Part shown: piece after piece, positions 13,296 through 27,819 of the stretch | How positions within the stretch are numbered: the stretch's first letter is position 1 | How the letters are laid out: every line of letters begins with the position of its first letter | Assembly: GCA_951406725.2 (NCBI GenBank) | Contig: OX597814.1 | Coordinates: 178,994,001-179,058,000, forward strand | Length of the DNA: 64,000 bases | Source of the DNA: Octopus vulgaris | Lineage: Eukaryota | Direction of reading: 5' to 3' | Position numbers and translations under genes: made by a program | The notes under the pieces: model-generated | Database searches by the model: none | What the model was told of the DNA's origin: nothing | Seen by the model: the letters and a program-made list of their open reading frames with translations, nothing else

Positions 13296-13300
<5 letters not shown>
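13037..13300 (+). mobile_element. Internally deleted R4/Dong element within (AAT)n
   Basis: PTAEELEEFWGEIW (pre-RT motif) is joined in frame to IQKIALLGTAHILRRTLSIQ* (C-terminus), then a 3' UTR, with (AAT)n on both sides. Confidence 0.85.
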
Positions 13301-13359
<59 letters not shown>

Positions 13360-14328
13360 GTGTTATCACTGCATTAATGTTGTCTGAGACGAAGCCGGAG
13401 ACAGGCGACAAAACGTTTTGACGCTTCATATTTGACGATGCCATTAAGGAATATACGAAAGTGTATATTACAGAATTTATGAGTGTTTTAAATACCTAAA
13501 ATGTCTCATCCTTAATTTTCAAAATAAACAACAGAATGTAAAATATTCATGAAACAAAATGTTGTCTCAATTTTTATGTTACTTTTACTCTTGGGAAAAG
13601 GAATGTATTCACTCGTATAAATCTCAATTATTATACTAAATCTTACGATGTATTGAAATTGTTGTAAAAGCAGCCAAATAGTATTGTCATAATTGGGTCG
13701 TTTTAAAAATTTAGTTTGTAAACAAGATTAAGCATAGAGATATTTTTTATTATCGTGTTTAACGAAGATTGTGTTTTAGCAAGTTGCGCTCACTATCATT
13801 AAATTTTATCAGATGGAATTCCATTCAGAAGTGACGTACAGACTTATAATACGTATCAATAAGCCTCCCTAGTGGGTAATTTAACACCTTCATGAGTTTT
13901 CCATTATTTTCTAACGACTAACATCGATACCTTTTCTGAAACTCTAGTAGATCGATCTAGTGGAATCTGGCAAAGATTAGGGATATAAATTGGTTTGTCC
14001 ATGAGATGTAACGTAATTATATAAGAGAACTGTCCAATGGTCAAAAATATTATCAAGAGCTTGGATTTAAGTTATAAGTTTTACAGACACTATTTCATAC
14101 ATAGTTAATGTTCCTACAAGTTTTCAAACTTGTATGAACTAAAATATTTTTTCAACTTTGTATAAAATGGACATCCACATTCTGAATTCTGATACCAGAG
14201 CTGTTCTATGCAGTTGTCTTTTGTGTATTCTCTGAGGAATCAGTATGTCTGTAATAAAGAATAAATCTTGGCAATATAAATAATAGATACATCAAATGTT
14301 TGACATGACGCACAGACTCTAAAAGTTA

Positions 14329-14529
14329 CTGAAAAGTTCCTGGCTTTAACAGTATCTCCAAAAGCCTGGTTGAAGACCCAGCCTTCCGTGTTCTTTTACA
14401 CAGCTTTGAACAACTGAAGGACCGCTGCAATAAGTCTGAATCTCAGAGGAATGTATGTTGAATAAAATCATAATTAACTGACCTTCTTGTATTTTATTTT
14501 ACCCAAAGCCAGAAACATTTCACAACCTC

Positions 14530-14535
<6 letters not shown>
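14329..14535 (+). mobile_element. Mariner-derived MITE or deletion derivative
   Basis: Imperfect TIRs ctgaaaagttcctggcttt / aaagccagaaacatttca. The interior encodes a decayed transposase C-terminus (AWLKTQPSVFF..RGMYVE*). It ends in TA. Confidence 0.7.
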
Positions 14536-14604
<69 letters not shown>

Positions 14605-14806
14605 ATCACCGTGATCACCGTGACCGACCAGGCTATCAGATGTTGCTACACATCCCTGGTTACAATGCACTTCGCATTGTTTTAGCCTTCGAATGACGTC
14701 ACTCTGCTGGCTAAGCGAGCAGGCCCATATATATATACATAATTGTTAGACAGGACAGCAAACATCTCAAGCCGTATAAAATATTATTACGGGAAAAAAT
14801 TCAAAA

Positions 14807-14860
14807 TCTTACAGCTGTTTCTGAGATATCTCCTTGTATGGGATATTGCATCAGCAGAGA
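14807..14860 (-). ncRNA. Type I hammerhead ribozyme motif, degenerate
   Basis: Minus strand reads tct-CTGCTGA-tgcaatatc..gatatctca-GAAA-cagctg-TA-aga. Stem III is the perfect palindrome ACAGCTGT (14811-14818). One core change (A6C). Confidence 0.7.
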
Positions 14861-16623
14861 CAAATAGGGGAAAAATAGGGAAAATGAGAATATATATTAA
14901 TGAGATAACGACATAGAGGAAGGTAGTAAAAAATAAAGGGATGGAAAGAAAGAAGAAAAAATAAACATAAAAGTTCATAGTTTAAATTTCCGAAGTTATA
15001 GAAACCAGAGCATGAGTCCTTAGGTGCAATTCTACGAAGATCCAGGAGCATAAGTCCTTAGCTGCAATATGCGTAAACCCATATAGGTTAAAATCCTGAT
15101 ATGACTAAAATTTGGGAACTAAGGCCCCCATTAGGGGTTTTTAGAATCCTCATTAAAAGCGGAAACTTTTGGTGACATTAATTTATTTACTATTGCACAA
15201 GATAAATGACTACGTATACATACTACCTTCCATTTAGTATTTCAGTGTTATTTACTCCACGTAACTCAGTTGTTTCCTCAAATCCAGACCACATTTGCGA
15301 AATGAAATTCCCAGCGCAATCTCGTTTTATTAACTCTAGTGAATGTGTCTCTGTATCTGAACCAGCTTAAAAGAACAGGCGTCAAATACTACAATACATT
15401 ATAGCTTGTCTTCTCATTGCGACCTTTTTTTTTGCATGCATTCCTAGAGCGAAACCTAAACAAATTCTTAAGTTACTAAACTACGTCTCACGTAAATATC
15501 AACCTAAATAGATATTGTAATGTATCAGCGATTAGCATCCCATTAATTTCCGCGATTCGAACCTACATGAATGCATTTCCTACACTTATATGGATCCTTT
15601 CACAAACTAATCCATCGAATTATTGATATATCAACAATTGTCAATTTATTAGAGAAACGTTTATCTAAACAGAAGTAATGTAATTAAATGTTAAATTACT
15701 GACATACAGAAATGAATACTGGAGTTTTATTAACATTTAGAGCTATTACTATACACGTTGTCGATTGACAACGTTGTTTTACTTACTTTTTCTCTATTGT
15801 AGGAGTTTCAAATTGACAATATCATTTCGTTCTTCAAGTAGGCGTGTAACTACATTCCATATTGCTTTTCGTCATGAATATACTTAAAAAAAAGCAATCG
15901 AGGAAATATTTCTATATAAAAATCAAGAAAACAATAGTAAATATAATATAAAATATCAGCAACAGCAACAATACATATCCACAAATGTCCAAATAAGTCA
16001 GTTCTCAACATGTGCTTCAGGAGGTTTTGCATTAAACTTATTCGTGTTTTTTAATAGCTATTCACGTTCATTTTCGTCATTCTTGTAACTCTATATTTCT
16101 TTCCACAGGTAACATAACTACATGACTTAACTACAAGGAAACAGGAAAGACAAAACTAAAAATATTACTTCAAGACAATTATGCCCTGCTTGTGTTTTTC
16201 GAAATAAAAGCATGTTTCTTCAAGCGGCATAATATATGCCTTCAAGCAAGGAAATATTTCAATGAGTTTGTATAACATATGGCTTAAAGAAAATGAAGAA
16301 AATAAGATAAATTACATCAAATCCATTCCAATAGGTTTTTCCGTAGTGTAATTTGTTGCATGAATTTATCATTGTTTTACCCTTCTAGGAATGCTTTTAG
16401 ATTAATTTCAACATTTCGCTGTGTATAAATTGTGATTGATATCGAAGATTTATAAACACAGACTTGGTTTCAATCTGTAGTTCTGTAGCTGACGTGTAAC
16501 AAATAAAGTTCTATCTATCATGAAATCATGCTTTAACCCACTGATGTATTTTTTCCATTATTTTACTATATTACTTACAGAAAACGGGCCATGTCGATGT
16601 CGAATCATGATCGTCATTATTAC

Positions 16624-16699
<76 letters not shown>

Positions 16700-16914
16700 G
16701 ATGTTGTGGTTGTCGTTGTTGTTGTTTTATTATTATAATTATTATTATTATGAGGATGATGAGGACGATGATGATGATGATGATGATGATCACAGTCACC
16801 ACCACCACCACCACCACTAGCACCAACAACAACAACACTATCACTACCAATTCGCTGGGATTGTAACAAAGTTTCAGCTGTCCACAATTACTAGGCTTAA
16901 GATAACACTCTTCA

Positions 16915-18290
16915 TTCACATTTCGAGAATTCTGCAGAGGGTTCATACTGTTCTAAGCAATACTATTGCATGTAGATGCTCTATCTTATCAGTTACCTGT
17001 ATCTTCTTAATCAATTTTCTGAGTTTGATAATCATGGTTCACTAAGTTCTAAGTTCAGCAAGAGCAGGTACAGCACTCCGTTTGAAAGTATCATACTTCA
17101 CCTTCACTTTTCTTACCGATACTCTCTTATCACTATGGCATGCAATGTTTATGATTAAACAACAGGTATTTTTTTTCTTTGTATTCCCATCCACGATAAC
17201 CAGTTTCAAGGTTACGGCAGGTCACTATATCTCACACTGCTTTTGCCTTGTCTTTCTCGATCACTTCCGCTGTTCGTACATATTCCACCGCATACTTGCA
17301 ACAGAACTCCCAGTAAATCATTCTCGCGACTTTATCACATCTTCTTTTGTATAGCCTTTTTGTCAACTTCGTGATCTCATTCACCGTTTGCCTTCGAGTC
17401 TCACATTTAGCATGCAACCTGCTCTTGTTACTTTCTGCACAATATCACCAATCTTCCGTTAGGTATAGTTCGTCCGCAATACTTGTTACTCCGCAGCACT
17501 TCAGTCACTGGTTTCAAGTCATTCTTCCTTAGGCAGTGCCACCTTTCAAAGGCATTTGTATTCCAGCGTAATTCTCTCACACAGTAACATACATATTTTT
17601 TCCATTCCATTTCCTTTCGTCTTCCTTCCTCTTTTTACTTAATACTTCTCTGTCTCGAAGCAAATGTCTCTTCTGGTTACACCAGATATTCTAAAACACT
17701 CTTAATATATTTCTGCAAGCTATTTCTTCGGAGCATATGGAACTTTCGCTGTAGATTAGCTCTTCCCACCGTTGTGTCTGGTGAGGTAATCCTTTCAATA
17801 TCGCTCATGGTGTAGAAATCTTGCTTTTTGTGAAAAGTTTTCTGTAACTCCTCATTCATCCATTCAATAATATTTGCACTATAAGTCAATATTATCTTTA
17901 CTCACGTATTGATTGCTTGAAATCAATTTTGGCCGCACCACAAACTTCGGATATAGGGTTGTGTAAAGCTGATCATTATTTCTTCTTATTTCATTTAATT
18001 TACTTCGAGTATACCCAAGTATTTATATCCAGCATCGTTAATCATGATTACCCTCGTTGGTAATTTTATAACTACAAGTCTGTTGACATCCATTTTCGTC
18101 AGAAATTATTCTTTATTTTTAAACCAGATTCCATTAAGATGGCCTTCCCAAAGGAATGAGCTGCGTCTACTAAAGAACAAGCTTGAGTGTTACAATACAG
18201 CTTCTAATAATCCATAGATAATAGATGGTTGACTATTTGCAATGTTACTTTAAGATCATCTGTAAGACATTTTACTTTTAAACTCATGCT
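16915..18290 (-). mobile_element. R4/Dong-clade LINE, heavily decayed 3' half
   Basis: Colinear minus-strand fragments GYKYLGILE, WHCLRKNDLKPVTE, LYKRRCDKVARMIYWEFCCKY and IEHLHAIVLLRTV*TLCRILEM*. Confidence 0.8.
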
Positions 18291-18469
18291 CGGATTACTA
18301 TGACATGTGGAAGCCATGCTCGAAACAACGTTGGTGAGTTTTCTCTGAATTTGCTTTTCTTCTACTGTTTGCGGCCGCTAAAATTATAACTCTTGTTTTA
18401 CCGATGTATCTATTATTATCTCCCTGTATTCCTATATTCTTGTCAGAAATTAGGCTTACGGCAAGATAA

Positions 18470-20830
18470 CTATGAAAACAAAGCCTCCAACAAAACAGAA
18501 CAGGAGTGTTAATGTAGTTCTAGGTTTTGTTTGCTCGGGAAGAAGTTCATGGTATCCCAGATATTCTCTGTTTCGAAGGGTGCAAACAAATACAGATGGT
18601 CGTAAATGTTTCATCTGTGGCAAAATCGATTATCTAAAATCCTTCTGCCTTTTTGTGCAAGAGTCGGGAAGTGTACCTCACTCTGCGCCATTGTTCCCAA
18701 CACCAAATCCGTTGCACTACCAAGGGGGAAGAAGCGACAACGACGACAACCACAGGAGCAGATAGAGAACAAAAGCTAACGGAAATCTTACTGACTCCAC
18801 AGATATAGAGGGGGCCTCGGATGAGTCAAAAACATCAGGAGTGGTCTTTGAGAGACCTCCTCACCAAAAACGGGGAATGGTTAAGGTACAGGTGTAACCC
18901 CTAAATCACAAAAGCTTGTGGGCACCAAACAGAATATGACAGAGACAGACACACGCACACAAACACAAACACACAATCATAAACACACACATATGCTCTT
19001 TTCTCTTCACCTTCTTTAGGTCATTATACTCTGGCCATATATGAGAACCGGCTTATAGTATCAGTTGAACATCTCGCGGACGAGCCTTTCAGGTACATAG
19101 ATCTATGAAAGGACAAAGTTTTACAGAGGACAAAGTACTTGATGCACTCACAATTGCTAAAATGTCAGAAGGGATGCTTCTATTAAGAACAACTCCCACG
19201 ATGTATCGTATTTGAAGGAAACGTTTTCCACATCATGTGCTAGTTTTCAAAAATTTATTAGATAAAAGTATACTGGGAGGTCCGTTTAAAGGCCACGAAA
19301 AACACTAGGTTAAGTGATAGACTCCTTTTTGTTTCGTTCACTCCTTTATTATGGCAATTCTAAGAACAGTTTAATCAAATTCTCGTGGCCTGAGGGCCAC
19401 CTACTGAGTTACCTCATCTCTCTACCTCTGGATGCAGTAGCAATTAGTGAACCTCGGACTTCTGAAACGCAATCACTCTACTTTGGACGAAATGGCGTCA
19501 CGTTGCTGTTTCGGAAAGGTTTTGACCTGAAGGTGAGAACAGCTTTCCTCGTTCCAATGACAGGCTATACTCTAATAGGAGCCGGACGTCTGGATGTTTT
19601 AGACGGCTGTAAACTTTCCTTGGAAGATTACGCTCATTGGCGGGCGATTTAAATGGGATCTCAGAAACAAGTGAAGATTATGTGAGAGCAGCTAATACAA
19701 AGGTGGGTTACAAAAGCTTACCCAGGCAATTTCAACAGTATGACAGGCTTTCCTGAATACACCAATATGGACTTGGTTGAATCGCAGTGGGTCTTTCAGG
19801 TCATACTTAGACAGGATTTCTATTAGGCTAGCAGATAAGCAGAGCATACGTTGCCAAAAGCCTTCAATTCGTTGGATAGCTAGATCACAAATTCGGAATC
19901 TTTACAATCAACTCAGAATAAATAATTAGACAATGATCCAGTTATTGGAAGATGGACACCTCATTTCCGCCACATTAAGATTTCAGGGATCAGATTAATA
20001 GACTAGTGGAGAGGGAGACATCAACAACAACAGGTAGTGTGTTTCCCTTAAAAGGAAAATCAGAAGCAAGGAGACTGTTTTTTTACAAAACAATAGAATA
20101 GAATTTACAAAACAATAGAAGAGAAAGTAAACTAATTTGTAACTGAGAAAAGGCACATAGAAGAGGATAGGAAATGGCGTACTAGCTGCAGCAATAGCAC
20201 TTGACCAATTCGTTGACGTGAAATGTGAAGGTTTGCATTGCCCAAGCTAGGTTTCGTGCGCTAAAACACAAAGGTTCAAAAGTCATTGACTGGGCCAAGT
20301 AAAAGAGGTGCAGCACAGAAACAAACCAAAAGTTCGGTCTGTGACTGACCGTAGCGGCTCTGTACTCACTAATGCCAAACTGAAATAACGCTGTATTTTG
20401 GTAGCACTTGACAGGGCGTAGTGTGCTTGAGACAGCAGGCCTTGAGGCCTAACTCGTTCGTATGCAGTGCCTATCGGGCAGTGAGATTGAATGCTATGAG
20501 AAGACGATTTCATCGAAGGAAGTGGCAGCTGTACTTAGCTGCTGTGTGGGACGCAAATGACCAGAATTCGGTGTTCTGCCCTATGAATTATATTCCAACA
20601 TGTCTGTCTTGTATGCTTCGGTTTTGATAGCCGCCAAAAACCGTGGTGGTCTTGGGATGCAGTTACCACGCTCTGAGGCGGACGCACCTACAGAAATACC
20701 TAAATCACTGCGATGTTGTGAACGACGGAAACGAAAACAAGGTCGAACTAGTGAGGGCGTCCTTCATGTGACACGTCTGTCCGCTGCTGGTGTCATTGAC
20801 TAAGCTGCAATCGTGTGCCAAACGTAGAAA
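18470..20830 (+). mobile_element. Decayed L1/Tx1-clade LINE (ORF1 zinc knuckle, APE endonuclease, RT remnants)
   Basis: CFICGKIDYLKSFC knuckle (H to Y); LDAVAISEPR, LAGDLN, SYLDRI and DHK APE motifs in order at 19420-19895; EVAAVLSCCVGRK*PEFGVLPYELY and GGLGM at 20515-20660. Confidence 0.7.
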
Positions 20831-20949
20831 AATATTGGGCGTCTGACATCTAGAATTTTAGTATTGCGATGTGATCGATATGTTTAGGATTCCACTTAAA
20901 TACCCAGATGGATAGACAGACAGAAGGATATGTAGATAGATAGACAGAA

Positions 20950-21081
<132 letters not shown>

Positions 21082-22159
21082 GAAGAAATGTGTAAGAATA
21101 GGTGACAACGGAAGAAATGAAGTCAGAGAAGAAGCAAAATAAATTATGCTAAATTAATTATACAAATAAATTATGCAAATAAATTATATAAATAAAGCGA
21201 AATAGATTATACAAATAAATAATCCAATAGTTAAAATCCACATTAGAGAGATTTCGAAATGTAAATTTATCCGGATGTTCTTCTGTCACCTAGTTTTTAA
21301 AATCCAAATAAACGTCAGCATAATATGTTGAAAGATAATCGAAGAACGCATTAAGAAACTTATTTGCAAAATGTGTTTTAAATTGAAAATAGATCCGTAC
21401 AAAAATTATTGCAGAGCGTACAAGCTTGTAAGATATTATGGTGAGATTATATTCTTAGAGAATGATGAACATGATTGATATTGAAAGTAGTTTTCTGAAA
21501 TTTCAGTCCTCAACTGTTTCTGCCACAATATATATATTTTTCTTTGTTCTTGTTATTTCCTGCCGTTGGTGTATTTACTAATTTCATCCCAATAATATAA
21601 GTTAAAAATCTTAGCTAAAAGTTGCATCAAATGTTTCAGATGTGCGTATATGAACAGATTTGCTGAAAATAATGCATTACGAAAGTTCAAGTGACATTAT
21701 ATCTGATCTTTGGTTAATTAATTGTAAATATGAAAGATTTGTCAGTGAATCTGTATTCAAATTACTACGGTCACTAGTTTCTATATGATACAGCAACATG
21801 AGATCAATTGTTTATCAAATTATGGCATGCTAAACTTAAGATGCGCTAAATTTGTGACACGCTTTAGTTCTAGCCTACAGACGTATCGATAATCATGTAT
21901 TTCTTCGACAAATAGGAATATTTTGTAATCTATACATTTATGTATTATTTCGATGTGATATCTGGGAAAATTTCTATATATCGAGAGCATTAAAAAAAAA
22001 AAAAGAATCTTAGAATAGCTAATTCTTATTAGAATATTCCTGTATAAATTAGATTGCGTCATAAATATTGCTTTGTTTTCAGGGAAAGAAAATAACTCTT
22101 GCCGCATATTTGCTATCATTATATCTAAATTCCTGGTGGATCAATAAGGCTTTTACACT

Positions 22160-22500
22160 TTTACTTGTTTCAGTCATTTGATTGCGGCCATGCTGGAGCA
22201 CCACCTTTAATTGAGCAAATCGACCCCAGGACTTATTCTTGGTAAGCCTAGTACTTATTATATCGGTCTCTTTTTGCCGAACCGCTAAGTTACAGGGACG
22301 TAAACACTCCAATATCGGTTGTCAAGCGATGTTGCGGGGACAAACACAGACACACAAACATGCACACACATGTATATATATATATATATATATATATACG
22401 ACGGGCTTCTTTCACTTTCCGTCTACCAAATCCACTCACAAGGCTTTGGTCGGCCCGAGGCTATAAAAGACATTTGCCCAAGGTGCCACGCAGTGGGACT
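22160..22500 (-). mobile_element. SINE family A, 5'-truncated
   Basis: Reverse-complement match to about 25815-26140, including the internal TA/TG tract and the tail. Confidence 0.9.
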
Positions 22501-23338
22501 TTGTGTGATTGGAAGATAAATATCAAAAGAGAGCTGAAGAATCACCTGGAGACTTGGTGGGAATAAATCTTTCTAATTAGTTGCATTATATAATCTGGTT
22601 ATTTTCAAATTAATTGTATGTACGTATGTATGTTTGTATATTTATCATAATTCAGTTTTATTTTCAAAATTTCTTGACAGTAGAGAAAATGACTGTTTGT
22701 AATGTTTTTGTACCTGTGATTGTAAATTCATAAGCGGTCACTCCAAAAATCAGTCTGCAACACAGTAAAATATGACTGCATAGCATATTTATATCCAAAC
22801 ATAAATATTACATGTTTAGTATCTTACATGAGACTCAAATTCAAACACGCAACACGAAATCGCTAGTTAAGATCTTCACCACGCCGAATTCATCTAGTAT
22901 TTTAAATAGTTTTGAAACAAAATGAATTCTTTACAAAGTAGAAAGCGAAGTAAAACAAAAGAAACGACAGGAGATGAAATAGTTCAAAGATACGAAGTTA
23001 ATTGGATCAGATGAGAAACATAAACCTATTGAACAACAATATTTAATAACTACGATATTTTCTGTAAATATAGAGTATTCATAACATGTTTCAAATAATA
23101 TTCATATTTCAACCGAGTTGCTAAACAATAGAGATGATATTTTTGAAGCATATACAAGACAAATTTTCGTATATTTAATTCTTAATATTCTAAATTTGAG
23201 TTAGAAATATTTTGTAAAATTACAGAGCTATTCATTCATTGATGTAAATTGTAGAACGTGATTAACGTACCACGAGGTAACAAGGAATGTACTGTTTCTC
23301 TCTGTGTATGCCTATGTATATACGTGAATGTGTGTATA

Positions 23339-23377
<39 letters not shown>

Positions 23378-23577
23378 ATATACATAGGTATATACCTTAA
23401 TGCGTGTATGTATGTGTGTGAGAGTGTGTGTGCATGCGTCTATGTATATCTAAATATATTTAAACGAAGAGAGAGAGAGGGATTTAATGATTTAATGAGG
23501 GACAAAGACATATTTATAGATATCAAAATATCAAATTTAATATTGTATGAATACATTGTCTGTTTGACTCTCTCTCC

Positions 23578-23648
<71 letters not shown>

Positions 23649-23687
23649 AAATTATCTATCTGTCTATCTATCTATATATCTATCTAC

Positions 23688-23775
<88 letters not shown>

Positions 23776-24039
23776 TTATCAACAATATATGTGTGTCTGT
23801 GTATGCATTTATAATAACTACAATTATTTTAATTATTGTATAAACATAGATTCTGCATAAACAAAAGGGTGATTAACACTACATATGACATTATACTAAC
23901 TGATTCACTTCTATGGTGAGGTTTCCAACATTATACATTTCCCAGGATATCTATACATAAATAAGAAGAGGAATACAAAATATGCACACGAACGTATATG
24001 CTGGCACGCAGTTATATGCTTACATTCGAAACACTATGT

Positions 24040-25510
24040 ATGATTGATTGATTGATTGATTGATTGATTCTAGTTTCAGCTCACGAGCTGTGGCCATGCT
24101 GGGGCACCGCCATTTGGTGTTGCTACATGGTTTTACTTTACGAATGCTTTTTAGCAACTGCCATTTGGTGCATGAGAGAGTTCGATGCAGCTGCCCTCAT
24201 CTGCACCTCCTGCCGTGAAGTTGGTTCATCTGGGATACCTGACAAGAAGAGATCCAGTTTCATTTTAAAGACATATGCATCCACCCCATGCAGGTCTCTT
24301 AGGTTCTTCGGGAGGATATTGAAGAGCTGTGGGCCTCGGAAGCCCAGGCTATCACAGTATCTTGTCCTACATCTTGATGGCAAATTTGGAGTCCTAGGCA
24401 CCACGCAGTGGCGCCCTGTTCTGGCATTTGTGTAACTCTCGATGCCAAAGTTTGGGACAAGTCCCTCCAGGATCTTCCAGATGTATATTATGGCATATCT
24501 TTCTCGACTACGCTCCAAGGAGTAGAGTTGTAATCTCTTGAGTCTTTCCCAGTAGTTTATATTCTGCACAGAAGCTATCTTCTTCGTGTAGCTACGTTGG
24601 ATCGCCTTAAGTTCTGTGATCAACTTGACACTGGATGGTGACCATAACTGAGAGCAATAGTCAAAGTGGCTTAGGACAATTGTCCTCTAGAGGACCATCA
24701 TGGTTTCTTGTTCTCTTCTTCTAAAGGTTCTGAGAATCCATCCGGCCAGTCGTCTACATTTCATTGCCAATTTAGCAACATGTACACGAAAGGTTGCGTC
24801 ATCACTCATGTAAATACCCAGGTCACGCACTGATTGTGCCTCTGGGATTGCAATTCCTCCGGGTCCAATGTATTCATTGGGTATTGCATTTAGTTTTGCA
24901 TGCTGATAGTATAAAGCTTGAAACTTCTCAGCATTGAACTGCATGCTATTCTTTTCAGCCCACTTGTATATTTTGTCCAGCTCACATTGCAGGCGTTTAG
25001 TGTCCTCAGGGTTCTGTATTGCCTGTGAAACTTTTGTATCATCTGCATAACTTGTGATCGTGGCTCTCTGCGTGGCTGAGGGCATGTCTGAGAGGGCCAT
25101 TATGAACAGTAGTGGTCCCAAAACAGTGCCCTGCGGAACACCGCTCACTATTTGCGTGTTAATGGAAGTGGCCCAATTGGCTACTACCACCTGACTTCTA
25201 TCTTTCAGAAAGTCATGAAGCCATTCTCCCAGTTTTCCAACTATGCTAAGATCACGCAGTTTGTGACATAACATTCCATGATCGACTTTATCGAAGGCCT
25301 TTGCAAAGTCGAGATATATCACTTCCACATTTGAGTGGTTGAGCAGTCGTTTCATCACCCAGTCATAGTGTTGTAGGAGCTGAGTTAAGCAGCTTCTCCC
25401 TGTTCGGAAACCATGTTGGATGTCGGGCAGCAAGTCATTTTCTTCAAGGAAGGTGATCAGTTTCCTTCTGACTATTCGTTCCATGACCTTGCTGATGTGT
25501 GAGGTCAGTG
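24040..25510 (-). mobile_element. CR1/L2-group LINE, 5'-truncated RT pseudogene with (AATC)n tail
   Basis: ORFs 24687-25484 (QHGFR, YLDFAKAFDKV, SGVPQGTVLGP, YADDTK) and 24138-24623 are in one frame, split by a single TAG where the other copy has W. A 3' UTR and tetranucleotide tail follow. Confidence 0.95.
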
Positions 25511-25754
25511 CTGATGTGTGATCTGCATATTTAGAGATGCTGATAATAACAACAAAGATACTTTGAAATATATGATTGATCTCTATATCCGAGTTCTATG
25601 AATGTTACAACATCGATGTGAGTGAAATGTATGATTTATTTAGAGCATAGGAGTTGGCCGCGTAATAAGACCTTTTCGCTGTAGACTTCCTGAAGAAAGG
25701 GCCTTAGTCATTAAGTACTGAAATAACAAACAATAATACAAAAACTTGACCCGT

Positions 25755-26153
25755 AGGCGCAGGAGTGGCTGTGTGGTAAGTAGCTTGCTAACCAACCACA
25801 TAGTTCCGGGTTCAGTCCCACTGCGTGGCATCTTGGGCATGTGTCTTCTGCTATAGCCCCGGGCCGACCAATGCCTTGTAAGTGGATTTGGTAGACGGAA
25901 ACTGAAAGAAGCCTGTCGTATATATGTATATATATGTATGTGTGTCTGTGTTTGTCTCCCTAGCATTGCTTGACAACCGATGCTGGTGTGTTTACATCCC
26001 TATAACTTAGCGGTTCGGCAAAAGAGACCGATATAATAAGTACTGGGCTTACAAAGAATAAGTCCCGGGGTCGATTTGCTCCACTAAAGGCGGTGCTCCA
26101 GCATGGCCGCAGTCAAAGGACTGAAACAAGAAAAAGAGTAAAAGAGTAAAGAG
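25755..26153 (+). mobile_element. SINE family A, full length (tRNA-derived head)
   Basis: A-box-like tggctgtgtggt, B-box-like gggttcagtccc, internal microsatellite, LINE-like tail and (taaaagag)n end. Confidence 0.92.
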
Positions 26154-26832
26154 AGTATTATTAATTCTTTATATCATGCATTTTGAGGGCGGACATGTTA
26201 CTAGGCAGACTATGAAGGAATTATGCTAGAGCTTTGAAATCTTATATGCATTCAAGGTGAAATGACATCTGACAGTTCAAAGAAGAGTTCTTCAGAAACT
26301 GTCATCGTGATGTCATCAAGAACTTGCAGAAAAGGTGTTTAGCCCTCAAGTGCATTCATGCTAAGGTGATTGTTATATTATATGATGACGCTGCAGTTTT
26401 ATCAACAGTGCAATAGTGGACATCTGATTCTAGGAAGAGGAGAGAAGAGAGGTATCACCCAAGGTCTGGATGTTCTGAAAATGCCACCACCACACATCAC
26501 ACCTTTTTGCTCTGCCTCTCCTATATTTTCTTGTCCATCCTATGCTTGAACACTCCCCTCCTCTCCACCCTCAGCAACCTGCATCCTCATTTCCCTTATT
26601 ACTATTTGGCTTCATCTTCTCCCATTCTAGTTTTATATTTCCCTTCATTATGCTCTGAAGTAGTAGATGCCACTCTTTGACTGCTATCGTTTAACATGTT
26701 TATATATATTCATATTTTCTTTTTCATACACAATCTGTTACATTTAATATACTTAATTTGTTTATCCGCATAAATGCCAGTGTATAAATATCTATGTACT
26801 TATACATGAATATTCATCAGATTATTTTCAGT

Positions 26833-26920
<88 letters not shown>

Positions 26921-27224
26921 CATGTACATATGTATGTATATGTTATATATGAAGCCCATGCATTTAAATTATTTTTGTTGCATCATTATCTCCTCTCTCT
27001 CTTTCTCTCTCTCTCAGACGCGCGCGCACACGCACACATCTATCTATCTACATATATATATGTGTGTGTGTCTGTATAATAGAAATAGGTTTCAAGGAAA
27101 GACGACTACACGTGGTATAAAAAGGGGGGGAATGCTCACAAGATATAAAAGTAATGGCTTTTTAATATATATCAAAGCCATCAATTTTATACCTAGCGGG
27201 CATTTTCTTTGTTTCTTTTTATTA

Positions 27225-27266
<42 letters not shown>

Positions 27267-27788
27267 ATATATATATATATACATACATATTACACGGCGG
27301 GTTTCATTCGGTTTCCGTGTACTAAATCCACTCAGAAGCCATTGGTCGGCTTGAGGCTATAGTAGAAGCCACTATTAACCTTGCTAAATGAGTAGTAAAT
27401 ATTTTCATAACGAAATTGATACGATGGAAACATGTCAGTTGCGTTTCTACCTTAGCTTTAATGTCCAGAACCTCTCACGCATTTGAATTCGTCAAACTGA
27501 GATAAATTTATTATCGTCATTTCTTTGCTGCTTCTCAAATACTTGTTATATTTAACTCGTTATACTTCAGTTTTTAAATTTCCCCATTATATCTGTGTAA
27601 TCGAAACTTTACCCAGCAGAAGTCTCCTTCGATCATTTTTTTCATACTTAGAGAAACATTATGTGCTCGCAACGCAAGTGTAATTTCGGTGGTAAAGATT
27701 GATTATAACTTATGCCGTTTTAGTAAATTCGGTTTATTACCTTAAAATGTGTAATAGATGTTTAAATAAATCATATCAAGTACTCTAT

Positions 27789-27819
<31 letters not shown>

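Noticed and set aside
16090-16115. Polypyrimidine-CAG|GTAACA resembling a recursive splice site
   Set aside because: Such motifs arise by chance in AT-rich DNA, and no host gene or strand is established.
24064-24435. Antisense ORF shared by both LINE copies (also 52443-52814)
   Set aside because: Shadow frame of the RT ORF, shared only because the copies are nearly identical.
25755-25835. tRNA-like sequences at SINE heads (also 30076, 44987, 49256)
   Set aside because: They have A/B boxes but continue into SINE bodies and do not give a clean cloverleaf; not tRNA genes.
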